The notes: generated by a model from the letters alone, not told the origin. Counted from the first letter of the stretch, positions 32,196-45,386 are shown. The stretch: 64,000 nucleotides of DNA from an uncultured Candidatus Rokubacteria bacterium (GCA_963747235.1 CAVVEU010000020.1:32001-96000); one strand, 5' to 3'. A program made the numbers and translations.

Positions 32196-33080
32196 GAGCC
32201 GGAGGCCGGCGCCTGGGGGAGCTCGAGCCGCTGGATCACCGTCCCTTTCGGGCCGAGCGGCGGCAGGACCTTGCCGTTCAGGGCGACCTCGACCCCACCG
32301 GCATTCCCGATGGTCACGAGGAAGCGGCGCTCGGCCGACCACTCCCGGCTGGCACCGGCGGGCAGGAGCTCTTCGGTGGCGCGGCCCTCGTCGGGCTGCA
32401 CCCGGATCCAGGTCGCGTCCACCGCCCGGATCATGAGGCGCTGGGGGCCCGAGGCGCTCCGGGCCACGGCGGGCGCCGGGGGCGGAGCCGGAGCGGGCAT
32501 GGCCGCGGGCGTGCTCGCCGGCGGGGTCGTCGCCGGCGGCGGAGCGGGTGCCGCGGCCGGCCGTGGCGTCTCGACCGGCGCGGGCGTCGGGGCCGCTATC
32601 TTGGGATGTCGGAGCGGAGGGAGCCGGAGTGGGCTCCGGCAGCGAGGCCGAGACGTCCATTTTCGGTGCAGCGACTGAAGTTCCGCCCGTCCGCCTGACA
32701 GTCAGGTTGATCACGATCAGCGCGATGCCCAGGATCACCAGCAGGGCCAGGCCGACCAGGACGGAGCTGGGGGCCCACGTGGTCCGGGGGCGCGGCGGCG
32801 CGCTGGCCGCCTGGGCGGCCGCTCGCTCCCCCGCCAGGGCTTCGTAGTGGGCGAGCGCCTCGTCCGGGGCCTCCCGCAGGAAGCCGCAGTAGGCCCGGAT
32901 GAAGCCGCGCACGAAGACCGGCGACGGCAGATCGGCCAGGCGCTCTTCCTCGAGGGCTTCCAGGTGGCGGATCCCCACCCGGGTGGAGCGCGCCATGTCC
33001 TCCAGCGAGCTGCCCTTGGCCTCGCGGAGCGCGCGGAGGTGACCGCCGAGCGAGGTCGCCGAGTTTTCCGCGGGCGTCAT
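32192..33080 (-). CDS. RodZ-like HTH / transmembrane / DUF4115 protein (frameshift near 32600)
   Basis: LGGHLRALRE..., FVRGFIRAYC HTH; TM helix; Pro/Ala linker; TWIRV...IGNAGGVEV C-terminal domain. Confidence 0.8.
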
Positions 33081-33100
33081 GCCCAGTAGTGTAGCGCGGG

Positions 33101-36100
33101 TTACGCTTCGGTCAGCTTTACTGAGACGAGGCGGGAGAGGCCCGGCTCCTCCATGGTCACGCCATAGAGCACGTCGGCGGCCTCCATCGTCTTGCGGTTG
33201 TGCGTGATCACCACGAACTGGGTCTGGGTGCAGAGCTCGCGCAGCACCCGGAGGAACCGGTGGATGTTCGCGTCGTCGAGCGGCGCGTCCACCTCGTCGA
33301 GCACGCAGAACGGGCTCGGGCGGTGGTAGAAGATCGCGAAGAGCAGGGCCAGGCCGGTGAGGGCCTTCTCGCCCCCGGACATCAGCGTGACGGCCTGCAG
33401 GCGCTTGCCCCGGGGCTGGGCCATGAGCTCCACGCCGAGCTCCAGCGGGTCTTCCTCGCCCTCCTCGGGCGGCACCATGCGCAGCTCGGCGCGCCCGCCC
33501 TCGAAGAGCCGGGAGAAGATGTCGCTGAAGTGCCGGCTGATGTCGTCGAAGGCTTCCTGGAACCGCTCCTGGGCGGTGCGGGTCATCCCGCGCAGGGCCT
33601 TCTCGAGATCCTTGATGGACCCGACCACGTCGTCGTGCTGGGTGCGGAGGAAGTCCAGGCGCTCGGTCAGCTCGCGGAATTCCTCGTCCGCCACCAGGTT
33701 GACCGGGCCCATGGCCTCGAGCTTGCCGGTCAGCTCCTCGTGCCGCTGCCGGACCTCCTCGAGGTCGCGCGCCACGTCGTGGGCGGCCAGCAGCGCCTCC
33801 ACGGTCTCGATGGCGTGGCGCCGCCGCGCTTCCTGCACCAGCTCCTCGCGACGCACGCGGCCTTCCGTCTCGGTCAGGTCGAGCTGATGGAGCCGGCTGA
33901 CGAGGCCGTTCAGATGCTGCTGCACCTCGCGCAGGTCGGTCTCGATCGCCTGGCGCTCGTCGAGCTGACGCTGGTGCTCCTCCGCGATGACCGCGACCTC
34001 GGCCTCGAGCCGGTCGCGCTCGGCCACCGCGTCCCGGGCCTGCGCGTCCGTGCGCTCGCGCTCCGTGGCCAGGTCCCCGCGGCGCTCGGCGGTCTGCGCT
34101 CGGCGCGCCACCGACTGCTGTTGCTGGAGGCCGAAGTCCTGCTCGAGCCCGAGGATGCGCTCGATGTCGCGCCCCAGGGCCTCCACCCGCTCGGCCACCG
34201 TGGCCAGGTCGACGCGGCAGACCGTGAGCCGCTCGGTGAGCCCGGCCTCGTCACCCTGCCCGCTCTCGAGAAGGGCCTGGAGCGCGGTCAGGTCCCCGCC
34301 GAGGCGGGCCTCCTGCTCCGAGGCGGCCACCAGCGCACTCTCCAGCTCGACGAGCTGGCTCGCGGTTTCCTCGCCCTCGCCCGCGAGCTGTAGGCTCTCG
34401 GCGGTCAGCGTCTCCAGGTGGCGCGTGACCCGGTCCGCCTCGCGCAGCACGGACTCGAGGTCCTTCGCGCCCGAGACGCGCGCGGTCTCCTGCGCCTGGT
34501 AGTTGGACTGGAGTCCTTCCAGCCGGGCCCGCAGGCCGGTGACCTCGCCCTCGATCGCCTCCGCCCGCGCCCCGGCCGCGGCCACCTCACGCTCGAGGCC
34601 CGCGATCTCCTCACCGAGCTGGCGGATGGCCCGCTTGCGCCCGAGGAGGGAGTGATCGTTACTCTGCCGCTCGCTGTCGCGATGGCCGCCGGTGAGCCGC
34701 CCGATCGGCGACAGCACCTCGCCCGAGCGCGTGACGTAGGTGGCGAGCACCCCGTTCCGCCGCCAGAGTGTCTCGGCCTGGTCGAGATGGGAGACGATGC
34801 CCACGCGGCCGAGCAGGTAGTGCAGCAGGGCCGGGCGGGGGCCGCCCACCAGGCGCGCCGCCCAGCTCACCTCCCCCGAGTCATCGGGCAGCGCCGCCGC
34901 GGCCGGCAGCGTCTCGAGCGGCAGCAGGGTCGCCGCGCCCGCGCCCTCGCGCTCCAGGTATCCGAGCGCGGCGCGCGCGTGCTCGAAGCGCTCCACCACG
35001 ACCCATTGCAGGCGATCGCCGAGCACGGCTTCCACCGCCGCCTCGAGGCCGTTCGGGACTTCCAGGAGGTCGGCCACGGTGCCGACCACGCCGCCCAGGT
35101 CGCCGGCGCCGGGGCGCGCGAACATCGCCCGCACGCCCGCGCCGTAGCCCTCGCGCTCCCGCTCCAGGCGCTCGAGCGCTTCGAGCGCCGACTGCCGCGC
35201 GGCCAGCTTCACGCGCAGGCCGGCGGCCGTCTCCTGCGCCTCGGCGCGCGCGGCCTCGCGATCCCGTCGCGCCGCCTCGATCTCCTGCAGCTCCGTGCTC
35301 AGCAGCGAGAGCTGGGCGCCGGCGCGCTGGCTCGCAGCCTCGAGCCGCAGCCGCGTGGTGGCGAGCGTGCCGGCCTCCGCGCGGGCGGCCGCCAGCTCCA
35401 TGGCGAGGCGCTCGGCGCGGCGATCCACCTGGGCCCGCCGCTCGCGGAGCTCGCCACCCGAGCGCGTGAGCTCGGCCCGGGCGCCCGCGACCCGGATCTG
35501 CTCCAGCCGCAGGGCCTCGAAGCGCTCGCGGCGCTCGCTGAGCGCGCTCCGGCAGGCCTCGATCTGCGCCTCCACCTGCCGCACCTCGCCGTCCTGCTCG
35601 ATGTGGCGCCGGCGGGCCTCCTCGAGGCCGCGGTCCTTGTCCTGGCGCTCGGTGGCCAGGGCGATCCGCCGCTCGGCCAGGCCGCGGATCTCCTCCTCGA
35701 GGCGCCGCTCCTCCGCGACCAGGTCCTGGATCTGGAGGCCCATCTGCTCGCGCCGCTCCAGGAGGCGCTCGGCTTCGCCCTGGATCTTCTGCACGGACTG
35801 GCGCAGGTCGCCCAGCCGGTACTCGGTGTCCTGGATGGCGGCGGCCTGCAGGGCCTGGCGGCCGGTCAGGGTGGCGATCCGGGCGCGCTGCTGCTCCTCG
35901 GCCTCGCGCAGCGACTCCATCTCGCGCGTGACCGCCTCGTGCTGCGCGGCGCGCGCCGCGTAGTCCGCCGCGAGGAGGGCCAGGTCGAGCCCCTGCCGCT
36001 CGGCCTGGAGCACCTTGTACTGCTGCGCCTTCCGCGCCTGGCGCTCGATCGAGGAGAGCTGGCGGCGCACCTCCTCCATGACGTCTCGGAGGCGCTGGAG

Positions 36101-36658
36101 GTTCAGACGGGTCGCGTCGAGCTTGCCCTGGGTCTCGGAGCGCTGCTGCTTGTAGCGCGCGATGCCCGCCGCTTCCTCGATGAACATGCGACGCTCCCAC
36201 GGCTTGGCGGTCAGCACGTGGTTGAGCCGCTCCTGGTCCATGAGGGCGTAGGCCTTCGGGTTCACCCCGGTGCCCGCGAAGAGGTCCTGGATGTCGCGCA
36301 GCCGGCACACGTTGGTGTTGAGCAGGTACTCGCTCTCGCCGGTGCGGTAGAGGCGGCGGGCCACCGCCACCTCGCTCCACGGCACGTTGAGGCCCCCGTC
36401 GTTGTTGAAGACGAGGTTGACCTCGGCCATCCCGACCATCTTCCGGGACGACGAGCCGTGGAAGATGACGTCTTCCATCTTGGCCCCGCGGAGCGTCTTG
36501 GGGCTCTGCTCGCCGAGGGCCCAGCGGATCGCGTCGGCCACGTTGGACTTGCCGCAGCCGTTCGGGCCGACGATGCAGGTGACGCCGGGGAAGACCTTCA
36601 CGTCGGTCTTCTCCGCGAACGACTTGAAGCCGTGGATCAGGATCGATTCGAGTCGCAT
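33101..36658 (-). CDS. smc: chromosome segregation protein SMC
   Basis: GFKSFA, GPNGCGKSN, hinge region, MSGGEKAL and LDEVDAPLD motifs; long coiled coils. Confidence 0.96.
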   Translation of the reverse strand: MRLESILIHGFKSFAEKTDVKVFPGVTCIVGPNGCGKSNVADAIRWALGEQSPKTLRGAKMEDVIFHGSSSRKMVGMAEVNLVFNNDGGLNVPWSEVAVARRLYRTGESEYLLNTNVCRLRDIQDLFAGTGVNPKAYALMDQERLNHVLTAKPWERRMFIEEAAGIARYKQQRSETQGKLDATRLNLQRLRDVMEEVRRQLSSIERQARKAQQYKVLQAERQGLDLALLAADYAARAAQHEAVTREMESLREAEEQQRARIATLTGRQALQAAAIQDTEYRLGDLRQSVQKIQGEAERLLERREQMGLQIQDLVAEERRLEEEIRGLAERRIALATERQDKDRGLEEARRRHIEQDGEVRQVEAQIEACRSALSERRERFEALRLEQIRVAGARAELTRSGGELRERRAQVDRRAERLAMELAAARAEAGTLATTRLRLEAASQRAGAQLSLLSTELQEIEAARRDREAARAEAQETAAGLRVKLAARQSALEALERLEREREGYGAGVRAMFARPGAGDLGGVVGTVADLLEVPNGLEAAVEAVLGDRLQWVVVERFEHARAALGYLEREGAGAATLLPLETLPAAAALPDDSGEVSWAARLVGGPRPALLHYLLGRVGIVSHLDQAETLWRRNGVLATYVTRSGEVLSPIGRLTGGHRDSERQSNDHSLLGRKRAIRQLGEEIAGLEREVAAAGARAEAIEGEVTGLRARLEGLQSNYQAQETARVSGAKDLESVLREADRVTRHLETLTAESLQLAGEGEETASQLVELESALVAASEQEARLGGDLTALQALLESGQGDEAGLTERLTVCRVDLATVAERVEALGRDIERILGLEQDFGLQQQQSVARRAQTAERRGDLATERERTDAQARDAVAERDRLEAEVAVIAEEHQRQLDERQAIETDLREVQQHLNGLVSRLHQLDLTETEGRVRREELVQEARRRHAIETVEALLAAHDVARDLEEVRQRHEELTGKLEAMGPVNLVADEEFRELTERLDFLRTQHDDVVGSIKDLEKALRGMTRTAQERFQEAFDDISRHFSDIFSRLFEGGRAELRMVPPEEGEEDPLELGVELMAQPRGKRLQAVTLMSGGEKALTGLALLFAIFYHRPSPFCVLDEVDAPLDDANIHRFLRVLRELCTQTQFVVITHNRKTMEAADVLYGVTMEEPGLSRLVSVKLTEA

Positions 36659-36715
36659 GTCGTCACGCCCGCGAGGGCGTGAATTCACTAATAACATGTG
36701 GTGGACGGATCAACC

Positions 36716-36745
36716 AAGAAAAAACCCCACCAGCGGGGGGCGGGG
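36716..36745 (-). terminator. probable intrinsic terminator after secA
   Basis: Minus strand CCCCGCC-loop-GGTGGGG followed by a T-run. Confidence 0.55.
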
Positions 36746-36787
36746 ACGCGCTGCGGCACTAGATGTGGGCCGCGGCTCTGGCGGGGC

Positions 36788-39648
<2,861 letters not shown>

Positions 39649-39657
39649 GTCCGGGCC

Positions 39658-41385
39658 TCATCTTACACCACCCGCCGAGCCCCGCAGGAGCTCCCGGGCG
39701 TGACGGCGCGACGTTTCGGTGACCCGCTCGCCGCCCAGCATGCGCGCGACCTCGTCCACGCGGGCGGCGTCCCGGAGTGGGGTCACGGACGTGCGCGTGG
39801 CGCCGCGGGCGACCCGCTTCTCGACCAGTAGATGGTGCCCCGCGTAGGCCGCGATCGGGGCCAGGTGCGTCACGCAGAGCACCTGGCGGCCCGCCGCCGA
39901 GGCGCGGAGCTTCTGGCCGACGACGTCGGCCACGCGGCCGCCGATGCCCGCGTCGACCTCGTCGAAGACCAGCACCGGCACGTCGTCCGCCGCGGCGAGG
40001 ACCGTCTTGGCGGCCAGCATCACGCGCGAGAGCTCGCCGCCCGAGACGACCTTGGCGAGCGGCCGCAGGTCCTCGCCCGGGTTGGCCGAGAGCAGCAGCT
40101 CCGCGGTCTCGGCCCCGCGCGGCCCCACCCGCCAGCCCCCTTCGGCCGATGCGAGCTCGTCCGCCGCGGCTGCCTCGCGCCGCAGGGCCACGCGGAAGCG
40201 CCCGTGCTCCATGCCGAGCCCGCGGATCTCCTTCTGGATGAGGCGCTCGAGCTTCTCCGCGCCACGGGTGCGGGCCTCCGAGAGGGCGGCGGCCTCCGCG
40301 CCCGCGGCGGCCGCCGCCTCGGCCACCGCGCGGTCCATGTCCTCCGCGATCGCGTCGTGGCGCGTGATCCGATCCAGCGCCTCCGCCACCTCGTGCCGGT
40401 GGGCCAGGATGGCGGCCACCGAATCGCCGTACTTCCGCTTGAGCTTGACGATCGCGTCGAGCCGCGCGTCGATCTGCTCGAGCCGCTCGGGATCGAAGAC
40501 CGCGCGGTCCCGGAGGGCGCGCGCCCGGCCGACCACGTCCTCGACATAGGCCTGGGCGCCCTCGATCGCCTCGATGGGCGCAGCCGCTTCCGGCTCGTGG
40601 CGCGAGACGTCGCGCAGCAGCGCAGCCGCGCGCGCCAGCCGGGCCGCGGCCGACTGCGGGTCTTCGTAGAGCAGGCCGAGCGCCTCCTGCAATCCCGCCG
40701 CGATCCGCTCGGCGTGCTGGAGCCGCCCGCGCTCGGCCCGGAGCTCGTCCTCCTCCCCGTCCTTGAGCTGCAGCCCGTCGATCTCGGAGAGCTGGAAGCG
40801 GTAGAGGTCTTCCTGGCGGGCGCCCTCGCGCATTTCTTCGCGCAGGCGTAGCAGCGCCGCGCGCGCCTCTTCCCACCGCCGTACCAGCGCGCCCAGCCGC
40901 TCGCGGCGCTCGTCCGCCCCCGCGAAGCGATCCAGCAGCAGGAGCTGCCGCGCGGGTTCCAGCAGACGCTGGTGCTCGTGCTGGCCGTGAAGCTCCACCA
41001 GGAGCTCGCCCAGGCGCTCGAGCAGGCCCACGGTGGCGGGCGCGTCGTTCACGAAGGCGCGGTGTCGGCCGGTGCGCGCCAGCTCGCGCTTGATGACGAG
41101 CTCACCCTCGCCCGGGCGATGCCCGGCCTCGTCGAGTAGCGCGGCCACCGGGCCGCTGGGATCGATCTCGAAGACCGCGGAGACCATCGCGGTGTCGGCC
41201 CCGGTGCGGATCCAGTCGAGCTGGGCGCGGGCGCCGGTGAGGAGCAGGAGCGCGTCCACCACGATGGACTTGCCGGCGCCGGTCTCGCCGGTGAGTACGT
41301 TGAGGCCGGCGGCGAACGGCACCACCGCCTCTTCGACCACCGCGAGATTGCGAATCGACAGCTCGCGCAGCATCGTTGCGGCCAT
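39658..41385 (-). CDS. recN: DNA repair protein RecN
   Basis: LTGETGAGKS, HGQHEHQ, SGGELSRVML and FDEVDAGIGG motifs. Confidence 0.95.
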   Translation of the reverse strand: MAATMLRELSIRNLAVVEEAVVPFAAGLNVLTGETGAGKSIVVDALLLLTGARAQLDWIRTGADTAMVSAVFEIDPSGPVAALLDEAGHRPGEGELVIKRELARTGRHRAFVNDAPATVGLLERLGELLVELHGQHEHQRLLEPARQLLLLDRFAGADERRERLGALVRRWEEARAALLRLREEMREGARQEDLYRFQLSEIDGLQLKDGEEDELRAERGRLQHAERIAAGLQEALGLLYEDPQSAAARLARAAALLRDVSRHEPEAAAPIEAIEGAQAYVEDVVGRARALRDRAVFDPERLEQIDARLDAIVKLKRKYGDSVAAILAHRHEVAEALDRITRHDAIAEDMDRAVAEAAAAAGAEAAALSEARTRGAEKLERLIQKEIRGLGMEHGRFRVALRREAAAADELASAEGGWRVGPRGAETAELLLSANPGEDLRPLAKVVSGGELSRVMLAAKTVLAAADDVPVLVFDEVDAGIGGRVADVVGQKLRASAAGRQVLCVTHLAPIAAYAGHHLLVEKRVARGATRTSVTPLRDAARVDEVARMLGGERVTETSRRHARELLRGSAGGVR

Positions 41386-41420
41386 GCTACGGCCAACGCC
41401 GCGGGGCGCTCAACTGTATC

Positions 41421-42278
41421 TTATCGCTCGCCCCACTTGAGCTTCGTGCGGAGCACCGAGAAGAAGTTCTTCTGGGGTACGCGGAGGAGCCGGGTCCGGG
41501 CGGTGGCCCGGCGCACCTCGACGATGTCGTGCGCCTTGAGCGCGAAGCCGACCTGGCCGTCCAGGGTCAGCATGACGTCCTGGTCGGTGAGCAGGGTGAT
41601 CGAGATGCGCTGCGTGGCGGGCAGCACGATCGGCCGGTTGGTCAGGGTGTGCGAGCAGATCGGGGTGAGCACCACCGCGTCCATGGTCGGGAACACGATG
41701 GGGCCGCCCGCCGACAGGCAGTAGGCGGTGGAGCCGGTCGGGGTGGAGAGGATGAGCCCGTCCGCGCGGTAGCCGGTGGCGAAGACCCCGTCCACCGCCA
41801 CCTCGAGCCGGATGATGCGGCTCATGGCCGACTTGGTGATGACCACGTCGTTGAGGGCGGCGTACTCGCCGAGCCGCTCGCCCTGCCGGAACACGCGCGC
41901 CTCGAGCAGCATGCGCTCCTCGATGACCAGCTCGCCGCGCAGGTAGGACTCGAGCGCCGGGAACAGCTCGTCCACCGTGAGCGCGGTCAGGAAGCCGAGG
42001 CCGCCCAGGTTGACGCCCAGGATCGGCACGCCGAGGTCGCCCACCAGGCGGGCCATGCTGAGCAGGGTCCCGTCGCCGCCCAGGACGAGCAGGAGATCGG
42101 ACTGGGCCGGCAGCTCCGGCCGTCCCGCCATCGGTACCGTCGCCTCGGGGCAGAGCGCCGCCGTTTCCTTCTCGAGCACCGGCTGGATCCCGCGGTCCGC
42201 GCACCACTTGAGGAGCTGCGGCACCACCGTGCGGGCTTCCTCCCGGTCGGTCTTGGCGACGATACCCAGCCGCTTCAC
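41421..42278 (-). CDS. nadK: NAD kinase
   Basis: GGDGTLL, GVNLGGLGFL, LNDVV and STPTGSTAY motifs. Confidence 0.95.
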   Translation of the reverse strand: MKRLGIVAKTDREEARTVVPQLLKWCADRGIQPVLEKETAALCPEATVPMAGRPELPAQSDLLLVLGGDGTLLSMARLVGDLGVPILGVNLGGLGFLTALTVDELFPALESYLRGELVIEERMLLEARVFRQGERLGEYAALNDVVITKSAMSRIIRLEVAVDGVFATGYRADGLILSTPTGSTAYCLSAGGPIVFPTMDAVVLTPICSHTLTNRPIVLPATQRISITLLTDQDVMLTLDGQVGFALKAHDIVEVRRATARTRLLRVPQKNFFSVLRTKLKWGER

Positions 42279-43189
42279 GGCACCGGCACCTCCTCCGCGG
42301 TGGTCTGGGTGATCAGCGTGTCCAGCTCGGAGAGGGTGCGGCCGGTCTTGGTCAGGAGGAGGAAGAACTCGCGGTTGCCCTTCGGGCCCTTGAGCGGTGA
42401 CGCGGTGACGCCGCGCACGTGCCAGCCGTGCAGCACCGCGAAGCGCGCCACCCGGGCGACCACCGCCCGGTGATGCGAGCTGTCCCGGACCACGCCGCCC
42501 TTGCCCACCTGCCCCTTGCCGACCTCGAACTGCGGTTTCACCAGCACGACCGCCTCGCCCTTCGAGGTGAGCACGTTGAACACCGACGGGAGCACCTTCT
42601 CGAGCGAGATGAACGAGATATCCACGGTGGCCAGATCGGGCGACTCGGGAAAGGAGTCGATCGGCAGGTTGCGCGCGTTGGTCTTCTCCATCACCACCAC
42701 CCGCCCGTCGGCGCGCAGCTTCGCGTCGAGCTGGCCCTGCCCGACGTCCACCGCGTAGACCTTCACCGCGCCCTGCTCCAGCAGGCAGTGGGTGAAGCCG
42801 CCGGTGGAGGCGCCCACGTCGATGGCCACGCGCCCGCGCGGCTCGATCGTGAAGGTGGCGAGCGCGTGCGCCAGCTTGTCGCCGCCGCGGCTCACGAAGC
42901 GCGGGCGCGCCGCCAGCTCGATGCGCGCGCCGGGCGCGACGAGCGCGCCGGCCTTGTCCACCCGCTGCCCGTCCACCATCACGTCGCCGGCCAGGATCAC
43001 CCGCGCCGCCTTCTCGCGTGATTCGAGGAGCCCGCGCTCCACCAGCGCGATGTCGAGGCGGACTTTTGTCTTCGCGCGAGCTTCGGCGGCTCGTTCGGGC
43101 ACGGCCGCCGTCTTTCCACGGACACTGGGCGCAGTCTTCCGTGGCGGGGCGGCCTTCGACAGGCCACGCTTCTTTGGGGACCTCTTCAC
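42275..43189 (-). CDS. tlyA: TlyA family rRNA 2'-O-methyltransferase
   Basis: S4 domain, FVSRGGDKL, DVGASTGGFT, VKPQFE and GPKGNREF motifs; basic N-terminal extension. Confidence 0.92.
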   Translation of the reverse strand: MKRSPKKRGLSKAAPPRKTAPSVRGKTAAVPERAAEARAKTKVRLDIALVERGLLESREKAARVILAGDVMVDGQRVDKAGALVAPGARIELAARPRFVSRGGDKLAHALATFTIEPRGRVAIDVGASTGGFTHCLLEQGAVKVYAVDVGQGQLDAKLRADGRVVVMEKTNARNLPIDSFPESPDLATVDISFISLEKVLPSVFNVLTSKGEAVVLVKPQFEVGKGQVGKGGVVRDSSHHRAVVARVARFAVLHGWHVRGVTASPLKGPKGNREFFLLLTKTGRTLSELDTLITQTTAEEVPVP

Positions 43190-43302
43190 GCCAGCTCCTT
43201 TCTTGAGCCGCCCGCGCCTCCGGCCAGGAGATGGCAGGGCGGACGATCGCAGAGAAAGACGGTGGACCGCTGCTGGTGAGGGAACGGCTCGACCGCGTTC
43301 AT
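43186..43302 (-). CDS. putative 38-aa leader ORF upstream of tlyA
   Basis: SD TAGGAG shortly before the ATG; MNAVEPFPHQQRSTVFLCDRPPCHLLAGGAGGSRKELA*; its TGA overlaps the tlyA GTG (GTGA). Confidence 0.35.
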   Translation of the reverse strand: MNAVEPFPHQQRSTVFLCDRPPCHLLAGGAGGSRKELA

Positions 43303-43335
43303 GCGGGCTCCTAAGCCCAAGAGACCGTGCCAGAA

Positions 43336-43358
43336 ATCACAGCGGTCACAATTATATA
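43336..43358 (-). promoter_or_regulatory. -10 box TATAAT followed by a TGTGA-N4-TGTGA direct repeat
   Basis: Minus strand ctaTATAATTGTGAccgcTGTGAtt upstream of the leader ORF and tlyA-nadK-recN. Confidence 0.45.
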
Positions 43359-43382
43359 GCCGAACCCCCTCCGGGAACGAAT

Positions 43383-44078
43383 TCAGCGGACACTGGTGCC
43401 GGCCCGGGGTCGCAGCACGAAGAGCAGCCCCATGCCGGCCAGGAAGCCTCCGATGTGGGCAAAGAAGGCCACCCCGCCGCTGGCCCCGAAGCTGCCGAGC
43501 CCGTTGAGCACCTGGACCACGATCCAGAAGCCCAGCACGATCACGGCGGGGATCTTCACCAGGCGGAAGAAGAAGCCCAGGATGATCAGCGTGGTGACGT
43601 GGGCGTGCGGGAAGAGCACCAGGTAGGCGCCCAGGACCCCGGAGACCGCGCCGCTCGCGCCCACCATGGGCACCGGGGAGCCGGGGCCGATGGCGGTCTG
43701 GGCCAGCGCGGCCGCCACGCCCGAGGCCAGGTAGAAGATCAGGTAGCGGCCGTGGCCCAGGACGTCCTCGACGTTGTTCCCGAAGATCCACAGGTAGAGC
43801 ATGTTGCCCGCGATGTGGAAGAGCCCGCCGTGCATGAACATCGAGCTGAAGATGGTCAGGATCGGCGCCGGCAGGTCCAGGGCCCCCCGGCAGGCGCCGG
43901 TGAGCCGGCAGGGCACCAGCCCGAACTCCTCGATGAAGGCCTGCCCGGCCCGCGCGCCCTGCCCGTCGCCCACCTCCAGCGAGAACTGGTAGAGGAAGAC
44001 CAGCGCGTTGGCCAGGATCAGGCCGATGGTGACGATCGGGGTGCTGTGGGCGGGGTTGTCGTCCTTGAGGGGGAACAC
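43383..44078 (-). CDS. rhomboid family intramembrane serine protease
   Basis: MFPLKDDNP, SMFMHGG..H..GNM, GASGA catalytic Ser and AHIGGF catalytic His. Confidence 0.93.
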   Translation of the reverse strand: MFPLKDDNPAHSTPIVTIGLILANALVFLYQFSLEVGDGQGARAGQAFIEEFGLVPCRLTGACRGALDLPAPILTIFSSMFMHGGLFHIAGNMLYLWIFGNNVEDVLGHGRYLIFYLASGVAAALAQTAIGPGSPVPMVGASGAVSGVLGAYLVLFPHAHVTTLIILGFFFRLVKIPAVIVLGFWIVVQVLNGLGSFGASGGVAFFAHIGGFLAGMGLLFVLRPRAGTSVR

Positions 44079-44084
44079 GGACCG

Positions 44085-45386
44085 CTATTGCGCCGCGGGA
44101 CCCAGCGTCACCACGGTGGGCGCGCTCAGATAGGCTCGCGCGACGCGCTGCACGTCCTCGGCCGTCACCACCTCCACCGCGCGCACGTACCGCTCGGCGA
44201 ACCCCGGCCCGACTCCGAGCGCTTCGAAGAAGGCGTCATACCAGGACAGCCGCGCGTTGGTGCGCCGATCCAGCGCGAACTGGCCGAGCAGGTAGCCCTT
44301 GGCGCGCGTGAGCTCGGCCGGGCTCAGGGGCTCGCGGCGGATGCGCTCGAGCTCCCCCAGCATCGCGGTCTCCGCCCGGGCCTGGTTGGCCGGCGCGGTG
44401 CCGAGCTGCGTGAAGAGCACGCCGGGCCCCTCGCGCGACGGATAGGCGCCGCCCGTCGAGTAGGCGAGGCCCTGCTTGTCGCGCACCTCGGTGAAGAGCC
44501 GTCCGGCCATGCCGCCGCCCAGCGCGGTGGCCAGCACCTTCACCGCCGCGTAGTCGGCGTGTGACGTCGGCGGGGCGAGGAAGCCGGCCAGGACCTGGGC
44601 TTGCGCAGACGCCCGCACGATCACGGTGCGGTCCGCGCGCGCGGCGGCCGCGGGCAGTGTGGGCTCGGTCTCCGCGGGGCCGGTGGGGGCGCCGGCGAAG
44701 AGGCGGCTCACCTCCGCCATCACGAGGCGCGTGTCCACGTCGCCGCTCACGGCCAGGATCATGCGCGGGGCCCGGTAGAAACGCTGGTGATGCGCGACCA
44801 GGCGGGCGCGATCGATGCGCTCCAGCGCGGCGGGCCGGCCCAGGATCGGGCGGCCGTACGGATGATCCCCGTACACGCGGCTCATCAGCGTATCCATGGC
44901 CAGCGAGAACGGCTGGTCCTGCCGGCTGCGGAGCGCGGTCAGGGTGGCGCGCCGCTCGCCGTCGATCTCGGCCACGGGCAGCGTGGGCCGCAGCGCGACG
45001 TCGGCGATCAGCTCGAGCATCGTTCGCCAGTTTCGCGCGAGCGCGGTGGCGCGGATCTCCGAGTAGTCCAGGTCGGCCGACGAGCCGATGCCCCCGCCCA
45101 GGTTCTCCGCGGTCTCGGCGACCTCGAGCGCCGAGCGCTTCTCGGTCCCCTTGAGCAGCACCTGCTGGAGCAGATGGCTGATGCCCGCGTCGTCCTCGGT
45201 CTCCCAGCGCGAGCCCATCCGCACGAAGAGCGAGGCCGCCGTCACCGCGGTCGCGGTGTTCTCCCGCACCAGCACGGTGAGGCCGCCGGGGAGCTGCTGG
45301 CGAACCGGCTGCGCCGTCGCCTGCCCCGCCGCGGCCCACCCGAGGGCCACGACCAGCGCGAGAGCCGCCGCGCGCCGCGGGCTCAC
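44085..45386 (-). CDS. exported M16B peptidase, non-catalytic subunit
   Basis: Signal peptide; M16 fold with the zinc motif degenerate (SHLLQQ instead of HxxEH); retains RLFTEVRDKQGLAY. Confidence 0.85.
   Translation of the reverse strand: MSPRRAAALALVVALGWAAAGQATAQPVRQQLPGGLTVLVRENTATAVTAASLFVRMGSRWETEDDAGISHLLQQVLLKGTEKRSALEVAETAENLGGGIGSSADLDYSEIRATALARNWRTMLELIADVALRPTLPVAEIDGERRATLTALRSRQDQPFSLAMDTLMSRVYGDHPYGRPILGRPAALERIDRARLVAHHQRFYRAPRMILAVSGDVDTRLVMAEVSRLFAGAPTGPAETEPTLPAAAARADRTVIVRASAQAQVLAGFLAPPTSHADYAAVKVLATALGGGMAGRLFTEVRDKQGLAYSTGGAYPSREGPGVLFTQLGTAPANQARAETAMLGELERIRREPLSPAELTRAKGYLLGQFALDRRTNARLSWYDAFFEALGVGPGFAERYVRAVEVVTAEDVQRVARAYLSAPTVVTLGPAAQ

Noticed and set aside
43315-43335. 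TGGCACG on the minus strand as a sigma54 promoter for tlyA
   Set aside because: There is no GC at the required GG-N10-GC position.
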